DNA from: Candidatus Omnitrophota bacterium
GTDB taxonomy: Bacteria > Ratteibacteria > UBA8468 > MWAK01
Reading direction: 5' to 3'
Assembly: GCA_043826355.1 (NCBI GenBank)
Contig: JBDRQI010000003.1
Location: 7,440-71,439, forward strand
Length of the DNA: 64,000 nt
The translations under genes were made by a program, and so were the position numbers. Of this stretch, positions 41,148 to 51,423 are shown one piece after another. Every line of letters starts with the position of its first letter. The stretch's first letter is position 1. The notes under the pieces are model-generated. The model saw only the letters and a list, made by a program, of their open reading frames with translations, ran no database searches and was not told the origin of the DNA.

Positions 41148-41964
41148 AGTAATATTTTATCTCTGTTTTCGTTCTTAAATTGTTTATCAGTTCCTGGTAA
41201 GCAGTTATATATTTTTCGCGGAAAAGAAGTTGTTTTGCTTTCAGGGCGAAAGAAAAAGAATCAAAATCGGCCGGTTGCTTTATTTCCGTAATTTTAAAGA
41301 TGACATAGGTATCGTTAAAAAAGACAACCTGCGAAAATTCCCCAACCGCTAAACCGCTTATCGCCCCCTGGATCTGTTCGGAAAGTTCCGGAAAAGAGAT
41401 AAAGCCAAGGTCCTTCATTCTCTCTTCGATAGCGGAATGTTTTTCCGGAATCTCCGCGCGGGTGGCAAAAACGGCTTCCGAAAGACGCAAGTCGCTCTTC
41501 TGCCGCATTAGTTCATCGTGGTGATCATGCAGATAAACTTCTAATTCCTTCGGGTTAACTCTGATTTTAGCTAAAATTTCTGCCTGGATGAAAAGGCGCA
41601 CCATAATCTGTCGTTCGATGCGGCGGCGCAGGACGGTAGGGGTCAACGATTCATCCTTAAGGCGCTGATAAAAACGGACCGGGTCCGGGAAAAGACGCAT
41701 AATTCGTTCATACTCACCATCGACATCTTTTTGAGAAACTTCCATTTTTTGTTTTTTGGCTTCTAAAAAAATCAGGCGTTCTTCAACCAGTCTTTCGACG
41801 GCCGCTTTTCGGGATTCGCCGGATTGAATAATGTCCTGAAGATCGGTTGAGGTTATCACCTCATCGCCCACCCGGACCAGCGAAATTTCGGACCGGCAGA
41901 TGACCGGGAAAAATAAAGAAACAATAAGCAAGACTGTATAAATTTTAGAATTCCATTTTTTCAA
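41131..41964 (-). CDS. SurA N-terminal-domain periplasmic chaperone-like protein
   Basis: Signal peptide then SurA_N-like segment (…VGDEVITSTDLQD…ERLIFLEAKK…); no clear PPIase motif. Confidence 0.5.
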   Translation of the reverse strand: MKKWNSKIYTVLLIVSLFFPVICRSEISLVRVGDEVITSTDLQDIIQSGESRKAAVERLVEERLIFLEAKKQKMEVSQKDVDGEYERIMRLFPDPVRFYQRLKDESLTPTVLRRRIERQIMVRLFIQAEILAKIRVNPKELEVYLHDHHDELMRQKSDLRLSEAVFATRAEIPEKHSAIEERMKDLGFISFPELSEQIQGAISGLAVGEFSQVVFFNDTYVIFKITEIKQPADFDSFSFALKAKQLLFREKYITAYQELINNLRTKTEIKYYFEEAD

Positions 41965-42847
41965 GGTTGGCCTCCATCGTCTTAATTTTGGATTTTGCCC
42001 TCAGGCTGACCAGAAAATCCTTAAAATTCTTTTCGCCGTACTTGCTGTACATAATCTTTTTAAGCAGCGGGGTGGACTCTTCATAACTCAGCTGGCGGCT
42101 GGGAATGTTCTGCCCGGCCATCAAGATGTAATATCCGGCTTCGGTCGATATGGGCGGACTGACCTGTCCCGGTGACAGCGAAAAAGCAACCCGGGCCAAT
42201 CGCTCCGACAATTTACCTTCACGCACAAAACCAAGGTCTCCGCCCCGGCTCTTACTCGGCGCTTCGGAATATTTGCGCGCCAGGTCTTCAAAACTTTCCC
42301 CCTTGCGGTGCCGGTCGCCGATATTTTCCGCAGTCTTCAGGTCGCTCACCATTATTTCGTACAGATGGATGCTGGCCGGTTGAATAAAATCCATCGGATG
42401 TGATTGATAGTATTGGCGCATATCTTTTTCCGGGATGTCCGGATTTTCCAGTATCTCTTTTTGCACATACTCCTGAACTACAAAATCTTTTCTTAATTCT
42501 TCCAACCGTTTTTCAATATCGCGGTTCCGGGCGTAACCGCTGCGCCTGGCCTGCTGATAAACCAATTCCCGGTCAATCAAATCCTGCAGAAACTGGCTGC
42601 GGTTGCCTGTTACGTACGCCTGATAGAACTCCGGAACCGCGGCCATCTGTTTTCTAAAATCGGAAACCCGGATCCGGTGACCATCAACCACCGCCAGGGT
42701 CAAATCCTGACTGCGCTTTTCCATAATTGTCTTTACCGCCACACCCGCAATCGCAAACACAGTCAGGGCCGCAACTACAATCAAAAGCAACCGTTGTTTC
42801 TTCAGCCACCACACCTTTAACTGCTTTAGAATAATTTCAATCTTCAT
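41945..42847 (-). CDS. PpiC-type peptidyl-prolyl cis-trans isomerase (SurA/PrsA-like)
   Basis: N-terminal TM anchor, SurA_N-like region, C-terminal parvulin block (…GGDLGFVREGKL…GQVSPPISTEAGYYIL…). Confidence 0.6.
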   Translation of the reverse strand: MKIEIILKQLKVWWLKKQRLLLIVVAALTVFAIAGVAVKTIMEKRSQDLTLAVVDGHRIRVSDFRKQMAAVPEFYQAYVTGNRSQFLQDLIDRELVYQQARRSGYARNRDIEKRLEELRKDFVVQEYVQKEILENPDIPEKDMRQYYQSHPMDFIQPASIHLYEIMVSDLKTAENIGDRHRKGESFEDLARKYSEAPSKSRGGDLGFVREGKLSERLARVAFSLSPGQVSPPISTEAGYYILMAGQNIPSRQLSYEESTPLLKKIMYSKYGEKNFKDFLVSLRAKSKIKTMEANLEKMEF

Positions 42848-42951
42848 CTTATCTCCTTTTTCAAATAATATGCAAAGTGAGCAATCCTAAAATGACCATA
42901 TTACCTTTACGCGTTTTAGAATTGTCTGTTTTTGTTGTTATTTCCTCACAC

Positions 42952-43215
42952 TTACTCGATTTTCCAGGACAAAAACTTCCGACGCTTGCGGCCCCGATCG
43001 TAAACCGTCGTAATCTTCTTTTCCGCCAGGACCTCCTTCTCTTCTATTTTACCATTTCCATTGAAATCTTCAACACTCTGACCGGTAACCGTAATGCGAA
43101 AAACATTGCTGCGTACCGTTACCAGGTTGCTGATGCGGCGATAAACCAGTTCCCGCTCGTCATCCTCGTCAATCGTCTTTATCGTCGTCTTTAAGGTTAT
43201 AGCCCCACAAAGAGT
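42952..43215 (-). pseudogene. Out-of-frame C-terminal continuation of gspK-like gene (frameshift region)
   Basis: Minus-strand frame shifted by 1 relative to 43169..45034 stays open for ~72 codons past the annotated stop (…RELVYRRISNLVTVRSNVFRITVTGQ…), resembling GspK C-termini; no Met-initiated ORF of its own. Confidence 0.45.
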
Positions 43216-45034
43216 TCAGTTTTGGAACCGCGGCGCCGATGTCCAAATGCGGCCGCCCAGCTACAATTTTCTTGGCTTCTTCTATCCCGATGAAGGGGAG
43301 GGTGGTCAAGACCAAAATCGGCGCGGTATTAATGTTGATTCGGGCCGGCGCCGGTAAAGCTACCGGCTCGGAAACCGTAAAGATATCCTGGGTTTTAAGG
43401 TCCGGACCGGCTTGCCGCCAGAGATTGATTGTCCGCCACTCCCGCATCTGGTGGATATTACCCAATTCACCGACCTGAGAGAACGGTCTGTTTTTAATCA
43501 GAAAATGGCCGGGCCAGTTTATTCGGTTGACCTCCAGGCCTATTTCGGGCAGGAAAAGCGCATTTTGTTTACCCGGAGAAGCCGGACCGGGAAACCAGTC
43601 AAAAAGACCGCTCATCCTGGGGTCGTTCTTCTGTTTGGTTATCTTTCCGTAAAAATCCGGGCCGTAATTGGTACTCTCAATCGTGTTGCCTTTTTCGTCA
43701 GACAAAATCAACCGGGAACCCAGGATGGGCAGACCCGCGAACTCTTCATATTGTTCGCAACCTTTCGGTATAGAGTCAAAAAAAGGAATGACGACCACCT
43801 CCGGCGGCCAGGAGGCGAAATTGATTGATATCCGGAGGGCAAACCGGTCGCCGACGGTGTAGTAACCGCCGCCGGAAATCCGGGCCTCTTTTTTGAGCAT
43901 AACCGAAAATAAGTTGCCAACATCAATCTTCCACCCTCCGATAAAAATGGACTCGGGGTAAGGATTGAAGAGTTCCAGAAACTCACCTTTGCTCCACCAG
44001 AAGGTAAGCACGCTTCCGGTCCATCTTTCTTCAAGGTCCGGAGCCGCTTCCACTTCGTTAAAATACGGCGTTCTTTCCAATCCGTAATAGGTGTTATTGT
44101 CCGAGTCCGTGTCTTGGGTGGGCAGGGAATCTGAGTCCCGATAATCCCGAATGTTTACCGCCAGCTGGCAGAGCTGGGCTTCGCTGGTAAAACCGCAGCG
44201 CCGCAAACCTTCTTTAATTTCGTTGATTGACGCCCGGTTAAGGTTGATGCGCGGCCGGCCTTCGGAATCAATGTTTTTATCATACGAAAAAATGGTGACC
44301 AGATTTTTAACCTTTTCGTAGATTTCCGGTCCAACGCCGGCAACCCCTTTCAGGTCTTCCGGAGAAAAAAAGGGGCGGTCGTCGCCGCGCGCGCCGGTTT
44401 CCGCAAATTCATCCGGCTCGTTGATACCTTCGCCCGGTTCGTCGAAAATACCGTCGCCGTCGTTGTCTATCCCGTCTGCCGTTAAAAAAAAGTTGTCGGA
44501 ATCATCATCGCCGGGTCCGCCCGGCAGACCGTTGGGGCCGTAGCGGTAAAGGCAGACGTTCCGGGCCGTTTCCAGACTGAAACCCGGCAGATTGCCCGGA
44601 GAGATTTCGTTCACCTTCCAACCCTCATTAACACCCTGGTATCCGTTTCGGGAAATATTTCCCGCCGCATTAAGGTGGACCTTGGCAGATTCATCCTCCA
44701 CCAGAACGGCGTATCTTCCGACAATCCGGCCTCTTTTTTTAACTAAAATCCAACGGCTGTCGGCCGAGCCGTCGGTATCGTTGTCCACCTCGTCTCCGAT
44801 GAAATCACGGCGCCACGATTCATCGTAATGGTCAACGGTCGGGTCATCGTTCTGCAGGCGCAGGAGGGCCTCGGCCACGCCGGCTTCAGCCATCTCTTTT
44901 GCTTTCACTTCCTGAAGATTAAAAACGGCGATTCTGGCTCCGGTGCGTCCCAGGATCAGGTAGGTCACGGTAGCCGCCAAAAAAAGCGCCAGCAGACCGA
45001 TAACCAAAATAAGCACATCGCCCCGTTTGTTCAT
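43169..45034 (-). CDS. gspK: T2SS minor pseudopilin GspK-like protein (enlarged, with Asp/Gly-rich DxDGD repeats)
   Basis: N-terminus MNKRGDVLILVIGLLALFLAA… (GspK-type, lacks Glu5); last gene of gspG-H-I-J-K series; 621 aa before frameshift. Confidence 0.6.
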   Translation of the reverse strand: MNKRGDVLILVIGLLALFLAATVTYLILGRTGARIAVFNLQEVKAKEMAEAGVAEALLRLQNDDPTVDHYDESWRRDFIGDEVDNDTDGSADSRWILVKKRGRIVGRYAVLVEDESAKVHLNAAGNISRNGYQGVNEGWKVNEISPGNLPGFSLETARNVCLYRYGPNGLPGGPGDDDSDNFFLTADGIDNDGDGIFDEPGEGINEPDEFAETGARGDDRPFFSPEDLKGVAGVGPEIYEKVKNLVTIFSYDKNIDSEGRPRINLNRASINEIKEGLRRCGFTSEAQLCQLAVNIRDYRDSDSLPTQDTDSDNNTYYGLERTPYFNEVEAAPDLEERWTGSVLTFWWSKGEFLELFNPYPESIFIGGWKIDVGNLFSVMLKKEARISGGGYYTVGDRFALRISINFASWPPEVVVIPFFDSIPKGCEQYEEFAGLPILGSRLILSDEKGNTIESTNYGPDFYGKITKQKNDPRMSGLFDWFPGPASPGKQNALFLPEIGLEVNRINWPGHFLIKNRPFSQVGELGNIHQMREWRTINLWRQAGPDLKTQDIFTVSEPVALPAPARININTAPILVLTTLPFIGIEEAKKIVAGRPHLDIGAAVPKLNSLWGYNLKDDDKDD

Positions 45035-45036
45035 AA

Positions 45037-45675
45037 TCAGTTATTTTTAATTTCAAAAACCGCGTGATAGTTGCGGCGAAAAACCTGGCCCTCAGAGGAC
45101 TTCTGCCCTGACAGTTGAAAATCCAGGAAGACCGCCTTCGGAAGGGTTCCCTTTTCCGGGCCTTCCCCGGAGCTGTCCCAGGCTGGCCGCGGCTCGTTTC
45201 CGTCAAAGTAGGAAAAACGAAATTTTGTAACGCCGCCGGAAAGTGGCTGGCTCCCGGTTTTGCCGGAAACCGAAAAAATTTTCGGACCGGCTCCGGCCCT
45301 TTCCTCGGCAACATATACCGCGTTTTCCTTTTCTTCCCAAAAGATGTTTATCCGGGCAAAATCGGTCTTCTTTTCGTTCCCCGGAAGCAGGGCGCAAAAA
45401 GATATCTTTTCCGGACCCCCGGAAAATTTCAGCTCTGCGCCGCCGCCATCCGTTAAAACGGCGCCCGGCACAAGCCGGTTTAAAAAGGCGGTCAGGTTCC
45501 GGGCCTCAATTTGAGCGGATGCTTCCGATTCGCCCCGGAACCAGCTGCGGCTGGCCGTGCGCAGGAGAAGCAGGCATCCGCCGACAATGACCAACAGCAG
45601 AAAAGAAGCAATCAGCAATTCCAGCAAACTGAAGCCGGATTTCATTTCAGGCCGGCTAAGATTTTTGCGCGTCAT
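45037..45675 (-). CDS. gspJ: T2SS minor pseudopilin GspJ-like
   Basis: Prepilin-type N-terminus …KSGFSLLELLIASFLLLVI…; position in operon. Confidence 0.55.
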   Translation of the reverse strand: MTRKNLSRPEMKSGFSLLELLIASFLLLVIVGGCLLLLRTASRSWFRGESEASAQIEARNLTAFLNRLVPGAVLTDGGGAELKFSGGPEKISFCALLPGNEKKTDFARINIFWEEKENAVYVAEERAGAGPKIFSVSGKTGSQPLSGGVTKFRFSYFDGNEPRPAWDSSGEGPEKGTLPKAVFLDFQLSGQKSSEGQVFRRNYHAVFEIKNN

Positions 45676-46028
45676 TTTTTGACGAATCTTGTTTCAAAAG
45701 TTTCCTTCTCTTCTTTGCCGCCTTCCTTCCAATAAACGTCAAGCGAGACAAAATACATCCCGCCGTCTTTTTCTATTGCCGCCGTCCACCGGAATCCGTC
45801 CAGATCCTCTCCGGAAATTTCCGCCGGGGGAGGCGGGCTGTCCTCCCCGGAATAACGAACCCGGATTAAAGAAATTTCTTTTTCGGCTATCGCGGCGGCC
45901 CGGCTGTAAAAAACCGTCTGGCTTACCGCCTGGTGGCCGGAAGGCATCAGGGAAAGGATTGAGATAATCCCGGTCGCAAAAATGACCAGGGCTATGATAA
46001 CCACCAGGAGGGAATATCCGTTCTTCAT
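45672..46028 (-). CDS. gspI: T2SS minor pseudopilin GspI-like
   Basis: MKNGYSLLVVIIALVIFATG… prepilin-type N-terminus; 118 aa. Confidence 0.55.
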   Translation of the reverse strand: MKNGYSLLVVIIALVIFATGIISILSLMPSGHQAVSQTVFYSRAAAIAEKEISLIRVRYSGEDSPPPPAEISGEDLDGFRWTAAIEKDGGMYFVSLDVYWKEGGKEEKETFETRFVKK

Positions 46029-46483
46029 TCTATCTTAACCTTGCCGGTCAGGTTATACAGGATTATCCTGTGTTTCCGGCCGGTACGCTCGTCTTTGACG
46101 ACCATTGAACCGGAAACACCGAACAGCCCTCCGTCCGGTCGGAAAATAATGGGAGGAAAGTTGCTGGAAAACGAAACGATGCGTATTCCATCCGGGAGTT
46201 TTTCCTCCCGGCCGATTTTTTCTCCGGTTTTCACATTATTGATGCGCAGGGTATCTCCGGTGCGGCTGATCAGCACTTCAAAATTATTGCGGTCCTTGAT
46301 CGCCTGGAAGCGCGCCAGATTAAGGGTTTGTTTTACCGTCAAACAGGCTAACTTAAGCTCCCTTTCCTTCTGATGACGCAGAAATTGAGGCAACGTTCCC
46401 CAGATTAAACAAACCGTCAGAAACAATACAACCAGCGCCTCAATCAAACTAATCCCTCTTTTCCTCTTCATTTTTCCAAACAC
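46025..46483 (-). CDS. gspH: T2SS minor pseudopilin GspH-like
   Basis: …KRGISLIEALVVLFLTVCLI… prepilin-type N-terminus; 152 aa. Confidence 0.55.
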   Translation of the reverse strand: MFGKMKRKRGISLIEALVVLFLTVCLIWGTLPQFLRHQKERELKLACLTVKQTLNLARFQAIKDRNNFEVLISRTGDTLRINNVKTGEKIGREEKLPDGIRIVSFSSNFPPIIFRPDGGLFGVSGSMVVKDERTGRKHRIILYNLTGKVKIE

Positions 46484-46540
46484 TTGTGTAATATGTCGTT
46501 TTTCTTCAAGCTTGGGTGTCTGGTTCGTAAAACTTCACGG

Positions 46541-46740
46541 AGTGTCAGCTACAAAACAAGCAGGACGGAGAGGTGAGTATCCGGGGCTCACCTGTAATCT
46601 AGGTGAGAGCCCGGCCAGCAACTGACCCACTTCCGTCTCTTCGGCGTATGGCCGGGACAAGTGTTGTTCTCAACACGGAGAGGCTCGCCTCGCAGTTGCG
46701 CAGTTTTGTCTGACATGCAGGGCGTTTCACGGACCAGACA
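46541..46740 (+). ncRNA. Candidate structured RNA / repeat element, copy 2 (extended variant of 3781-3912) inside gspG-gspH spacer
   Basis: Shares 5' GUGUCAGCUACAAAACAAGCAGGACGGAG, central GAGUAUCCGGGGCUC and AACACGGAGAGGCUC, and 3' GUUGCGCAGUUUUGUCUGACAUGCAG with copy 1; ~70-nt extra internal arm. Confidence 0.3.
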
Positions 46741-46748
46741 CCCAAGTG

Positions 46749-47186
46749 CTACCAATTGCCAATATCATCCTCAGTCCCTCTTTTCCGGTCCGGTCCGCAG
46801 GAAAAGAGCAAAAAAGGCGCTGATTGATGTACTTGCTGCGGGTATTGATACTGGTAGGGTTCTTTCCACGGATCCAACAGTTCTCCGGCCTGAAGGTCTT
46901 TTTCCTTAAAACGCAGATAGGGACCTTTCCAACGGGGGTTTTCGGTTTCCCCGATCAGGACACTTAACACTTCCCGGAAGGTACCGGAATGGGTCGGATA
47001 ATCGCCGAAATCGGTTTCGTACAGGGAAAGGGCTGTTTCAAGCGCAATGATGGTTGCCTGGACTTTGGTGAACAACCCTCTCTGTCTTGCTTTTTGGCTG
47101 GCCGGTAAAACAAGACCGGCCAGAATGGCTCCGATGGCTACAACGATCAGTGTCTCCAGCAGGGAAAAACCTCTGCGATTAACCAC
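46749..47186 (-). CDS. gspG: T2SS major pseudopilin GspG
   Basis: …RRGFSLLETLIVVAIGAILAGL… with Glu5 after predicted cleavage; 145 aa. Confidence 0.85.
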   Translation of the reverse strand: MVNRRGFSLLETLIVVAIGAILAGLVLPASQKARQRGLFTKVQATIIALETALSLYETDFGDYPTHSGTFREVLSVLIGETENPRWKGPYLRFKEKDLQAGELLDPWKEPYQYQYPQQVHQSAPFLLFSCGPDRKRGTEDDIGNW

Positions 47187-48459
47187 CGGACATACTCATG
47201 GCAAGTGTAATAAGCGGCATAAAGAGAGAGACAACGATAAATCCGACCACGCCACCCATAAATACGATTAGAATTGGTTCAATCATCGAGGCAAGCGCTT
47301 CCACCGCGCGGTCCACTTCCTCTTCGTAGGCATCAGCCACCTTGTCCAGCATCGCATCCAGTGTACCGGTTTCCTCACCCACGGCCACCATGTTGATCAA
47401 CATTGGCGGAAAAACAGCAGTTTTAATCATCGGGTTACTCACACCGGCGCCTTCCTTTACCTCATCATGTACTTTTCCAATCGCTTGGCTGACCACCTGA
47501 TTGCCGACTGTTTCCCGCACAATTTCGAAAGCGGTTAAAATGGGAACACCGCTGGTAATTAAGGTTGCCAGTGTCCGAGCAAATCTGGCGATGATGGTTT
47601 TATATGTCACCGGTCCGGCCAGCGGGATTTTAAGTTTGGCCGAATCAATCATATACCGGGTGGTAGGAATACGTAAGAGAATCCGGTAAGCAATAACTAT
47701 TACGATGAGTATCAAGATACCAAGCCAGAGACGGGTGGTTAAAAATCCGCTTAAAAAGATCAGGAAACGAGTGGGAGGCGGCAGCGCCCCGGCTTCAAAA
47801 TCTTGAAATATGGTCACAAATACCGGCACGATCTTTAACATAATAAACGCGACGATACCGGTAGCAACAATTACGATTACCGTCGGATACGCCATGGCCG
47901 CCTTTATCTTCCCCCGCAACTTTGCGTCCTTTTCCGCAAATTCCGCCAGGCGGTTTAAGACGCTATCCATGGAACCGCTGCTTTCACCGGCCCGAACCAT
48001 TGCGATGTAAATGCGCGGAAAACTTTTGGGGTGTTTCGCCATCGCCTGGGAAAGAAGCGCTCCCTGTTCTACCTCGGCTGCCAGACTTTCTACAACCGTA
48101 GCCGCACCTCCTTTCTGCTGGTCTCTGATGGTACGCAAAGCACGCAACAATGCAAGCCCGGAACTTAAAAGAGTTGCTAACTGCCGGGTAATAACTGCCA
48201 GAACTTTTGTTTTGATTACGGCGCCGCCGAAGGAGAAAGAGAGAGAAAAACCGCTCTTTTTTGCCTTTACCGCCGGCCCGGACGCTGCTGTCCTTCCCGC
48301 GGCGGGCGCCGGTTTATTTGCTCTCGTTTCGGCTAAATCGGAAAGGGTCAAGCCCCGTTCCTTGAGGACGGTAATCGCCGCCTGCAGTCCTTCGGATTCA
48401 ACCGTACCGGAAACAATCTTCCCTTTTCCATCAAAACCGCTGTATTTGAAGGTTCCCAT
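47179..48459 (-). CDS. gspF: T2SS/T4P inner-membrane platform protein GspF/PilC
   Basis: 426 aa; two GspF repeats, three TM segments. Confidence 0.85.
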   Translation of the reverse strand: MGTFKYSGFDGKGKIVSGTVESEGLQAAITVLKERGLTLSDLAETRANKPAPAAGRTAASGPAVKAKKSGFSLSFSFGGAVIKTKVLAVITRQLATLLSSGLALLRALRTIRDQQKGGAATVVESLAAEVEQGALLSQAMAKHPKSFPRIYIAMVRAGESSGSMDSVLNRLAEFAEKDAKLRGKIKAAMAYPTVIVIVATGIVAFIMLKIVPVFVTIFQDFEAGALPPPTRFLIFLSGFLTTRLWLGILILIVIVIAYRILLRIPTTRYMIDSAKLKIPLAGPVTYKTIIARFARTLATLITSGVPILTAFEIVRETVGNQVVSQAIGKVHDEVKEGAGVSNPMIKTAVFPPMLINMVAVGEETGTLDAMLDKVADAYEEEVDRAVEALASMIEPILIVFMGGVVGFIVVSLFMPLITLAMSMSGG

Positions 48460-48570
48460 AAATATTCAGCATACAGCATACAGTAAACGGTAGGACAAGG
48501 GGAAAAATCATTCTTTAAATGTCTTAAGTTTTTCCCCGCATACTATGCTACTTTATGCTGTCTACTGCCC

Positions 48571-50280
48571 TTACGCGTAACCATGAATTTCATGACTAAC
48601 TTCACTGATAGTCGTTATTCCCTTCAAAATTTTTTCCTGGCCGTCCAACGTCATGGTGTGCATTCCTTGTTCTACGGCCTTTTTCCGGATTTCACTCAGT
48701 GGTTTTCGGGCGATAACCATTGCCCATAATTCCTCATTAGGCACCAGGACTTCGAAAAGGGCGGTTCTGCCCCGAAATCCGCCTTTACAACGCGTGCAGC
48801 CCTTAGGTTGATAAAATTTTTGGTCTTTGACCTTTTCCGGCTTAAAACCAACCTCCGTCAATTCTAACTCTTTTGGCGTATATTCCAACTTGCATTCCGG
48901 ACAAAGTGTTCGCACCAGGCGCTGTCCGATAATACCAATAATTGTGGAAGAAAGGAGGTAGGGTTCAATCGTCATATCCATTAACCGGGTAATCGCACTG
49001 GGCGAATCGTTGGTGTGCAGGGAGGAAACTACCAAGTGTCCGGTCAAACTGGCCTGAATAGCGATTTCCGCTGTTTCCAAATCCCGAATTTCTCCCACAA
49101 AAATAATATCCGGATCCTGCCGCAGAATAGAACGCAGACAAGAAGAAAAGGTAAGCCCGATCTTTTCCCTGATCGGAACCTGGATGGCGCCGGGTAAAAG
49201 ATACTCCACCGGGTCTTCGGTTGTAATCAATTTGATATCCGGCGAGTTAAGCTCTTTAAGAGACGCATAAAGGGTGGTGGTCTTTCCGCATCCGGTAGGA
49301 CCGGTTGCCAGAATAATTCCTTGCGGTACCTTAATCAGGTTTTCAATCTTTTCCTGGTCATCGGGATGCAGTCCGATGTTATCCAAGCGGAAATCAACCC
49401 GGGTCCGGTCCAGGACGCGCACCGCCAGACATTCCCCGAAAACCGTCGGAACCGTAGAAAGACGCAGGTCAAGGTCCCGACCGCCCGTATGAAATTCCAG
49501 CCGGCCGTCCTGGGGAAGCCGCCTTTCCGAAATATCCATTCCGGACATAATCTTGAACCGACAGAAAAGCCCGAAAGCCAAATCCTTGTACGGGTGAACC
49601 AGGTCGTAGAGTTTTCCATCCACGCGGTAACGCACCCGGAAATCGTTTTCGAAAGGTTCCAGATGTATATCGCTGGCATTGTCCTTGCATACCTGAAGAA
49701 GAATTACGTTAAAAAGGCTGGTAACCGGCGGCTGGTTAGCCAATTCTTCCAGGGTGGAAACGTCGGTTATTTGGTCGGTGCCGGCTTTTACTCCAAGGTC
49801 AACGTCCGTCTCTGCGAAATAACTCATGATTTCGTTGATGGACATTGTTTCCCGGCCGTAATATTTCTCCAGGGCGGCATCAAGTTCTTTCGGGTCAGCC
49901 AGCACCATTTTTACATTTCGACCAAGGGTAAAACGAATGTTTTCCTGGACAAAATCGTTTAAAACATCGTTAACTGCAAGGATAACTGTATCCCGGCCTT
50001 CCTGTCCCACCGGCAGAATTTGGTAGGTCTTCGCAATGACGGCCGGAATTAATTTGATTATGTTCGGCGGGATATCTTTTTTGGCAAGTTCAATCGTTTC
50101 TATACCGCTCTGAACCGAAAGCACCCGGCGCAGGACATTTTCATCCACAAAATGAAGGTCAACCAGGGTCCGTCCCAGGAATTTTCCGGTGCGTTGCTGC
50201 TCTTCTAAAGCAACCCGCAGCCGCTCCTCGGATAACAGGTTCATCTCCTTCAAAACTTGACCTAAAAGTTTTCTAGCCAT
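48571..50280 (-). CDS. gspE: T2SS/T4P assembly ATPase GspE/PilB family (copy 2)
   Basis: GspE_N-type N-domain, Walker A GPTGCGKTT, Asp/His boxes, tetracysteine CPECK…CTRC; 569 aa. Confidence 0.85.
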   Translation of the reverse strand: MARKLLGQVLKEMNLLSEERLRVALEEQQRTGKFLGRTLVDLHFVDENVLRRVLSVQSGIETIELAKKDIPPNIIKLIPAVIAKTYQILPVGQEGRDTVILAVNDVLNDFVQENIRFTLGRNVKMVLADPKELDAALEKYYGRETMSINEIMSYFAETDVDLGVKAGTDQITDVSTLEELANQPPVTSLFNVILLQVCKDNASDIHLEPFENDFRVRYRVDGKLYDLVHPYKDLAFGLFCRFKIMSGMDISERRLPQDGRLEFHTGGRDLDLRLSTVPTVFGECLAVRVLDRTRVDFRLDNIGLHPDDQEKIENLIKVPQGIILATGPTGCGKTTTLYASLKELNSPDIKLITTEDPVEYLLPGAIQVPIREKIGLTFSSCLRSILRQDPDIIFVGEIRDLETAEIAIQASLTGHLVVSSLHTNDSPSAITRLMDMTIEPYLLSSTIIGIIGQRLVRTLCPECKLEYTPKELELTEVGFKPEKVKDQKFYQPKGCTRCKGGFRGRTALFEVLVPNEELWAMVIARKPLSEIRKKAVEQGMHTMTLDGQEKILKGITTISEVSHEIHGYA

Positions 50281-50304
50281 TTTTTTTGTGGGGTCCCTTG
50301 TACT

Positions 50305-51399
50305 TTATACTTTGGGTGGTGGCGCTGTTTCCTGGTCAACCGATAACATGCGTTTTTCCAACTGTTCTCCATCATAAGAGGCTTCAGCTGCCTCATGGCG
50401 AGTTATTATACCCCGGAAATACGCTTCCAGTAAAGACTGGTCCATAGTTTTCATACCATGCTTCATTCCGGTTTGAATTTCAGAGACGATCCGATAAGTT
50501 TTCTTTTCCCGGATGAGGTTGGCGATAGCCGCCGTGGCAACCATTATTTCGTAAACCGCGATGCGTCCCTTTTTGTCAGACCGGGCCAAAAGCTGCTGTG
50601 AAACAACCGCTAAAATGGAAGCCGAAAGCATTACCCGAATCTGCTCCTGTTCTTCGATGGGAAACGATTCCACAATACGGTCAACGGTGCGGGAGGCGCC
50701 GGTAGTGTGCAGAGTCGCAAAAACAAGGTGCCCGGTTTCGGCCGCAGTTATCGCCGCTCGAATCGTTTCGGTATCGCGCATTTCACCAACCAAAAATACA
50801 TCCGGATCCTGCCGCAGGCCTCTTCTTAAACCCTCGGAAAAATTTGGCAGGTCAACACCCAATTCCCGTTGGGAAATAATAGATTTTTTATGTTGGTGGT
50901 AATATTCAATCGGGTCTTCAACGGTAATAATGTGCCGGTCCATCGTTTCGTTAATGTGGTTGATCATGGTTGCCAACGTGGTGGTTTTTCCGCAACCGGT
51001 CGGACCGGTTATCAAAAAAAGCCCCCGGGGCCGGCTCAAAAGCTCAACTACTTTTGGACCAAGACCCAGATATTCAAAAGAATAGAATTTATACGGAATA
51101 AGCCGCAGGGAAATTGCAATTTCGCCTTTCTGCCGATAAACAGCCACCCGGAACCGGGCCAGGTCCTTAAAAGCGAATCCGAAATCGGTGCTGCCGACTT
51201 TCGCCAACTCTTCCTGGTGTTGATGGGAAGTAATTGATTTCATATAGCCAACGGTGTCTTCCGGGGTGAGCGGCTCCTGGTCCATATTCACCAAACTGCC
51301 ATGCAACCGCATCGTCGGTGGACGGTGAGAGTGAATATGCAAATCGGATCCATCCTCCTTAATAATTCGCGTCAGTAGTTCGTCTAACGGCAAAGCCAT
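50305..51399 (-). CDS. pilT: Twitching-motility-type retraction ATPase PilT
   Basis: 364 aa, no N-terminal GspE_N domain, Walker A GPTGCGKTT, PilT-typical C-terminus. Confidence 0.8.
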   Translation of the reverse strand: MALPLDELLTRIIKEDGSDLHIHSHRPPTMRLHGSLVNMDQEPLTPEDTVGYMKSITSHQHQEELAKVGSTDFGFAFKDLARFRVAVYRQKGEIAISLRLIPYKFYSFEYLGLGPKVVELLSRPRGLFLITGPTGCGKTTTLATMINHINETMDRHIITVEDPIEYYHQHKKSIISQRELGVDLPNFSEGLRRGLRQDPDVFLVGEMRDTETIRAAITAAETGHLVFATLHTTGASRTVDRIVESFPIEEQEQIRVMLSASILAVVSQQLLARSDKKGRIAVYEIMVATAAIANLIREKKTYRIVSEIQTGMKHGMKTMDQSLLEAYFRGIITRHEAAEASYDGEQLEKRMLSVDQETAPPPKV

Positions 51400-51423
51400 A
51401 TTTCCTCCTTTTTCCGCAATCCC

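Noticed and set aside
42877-43194. 105-aa plus-strand ORF between ppiC-like gene and gspK-like gene
   Set aside because: It is antisense to the open, GspK-like C-terminal continuation on the minus strand, has no recognisable motif, and opposes the orientation of the whole operon.
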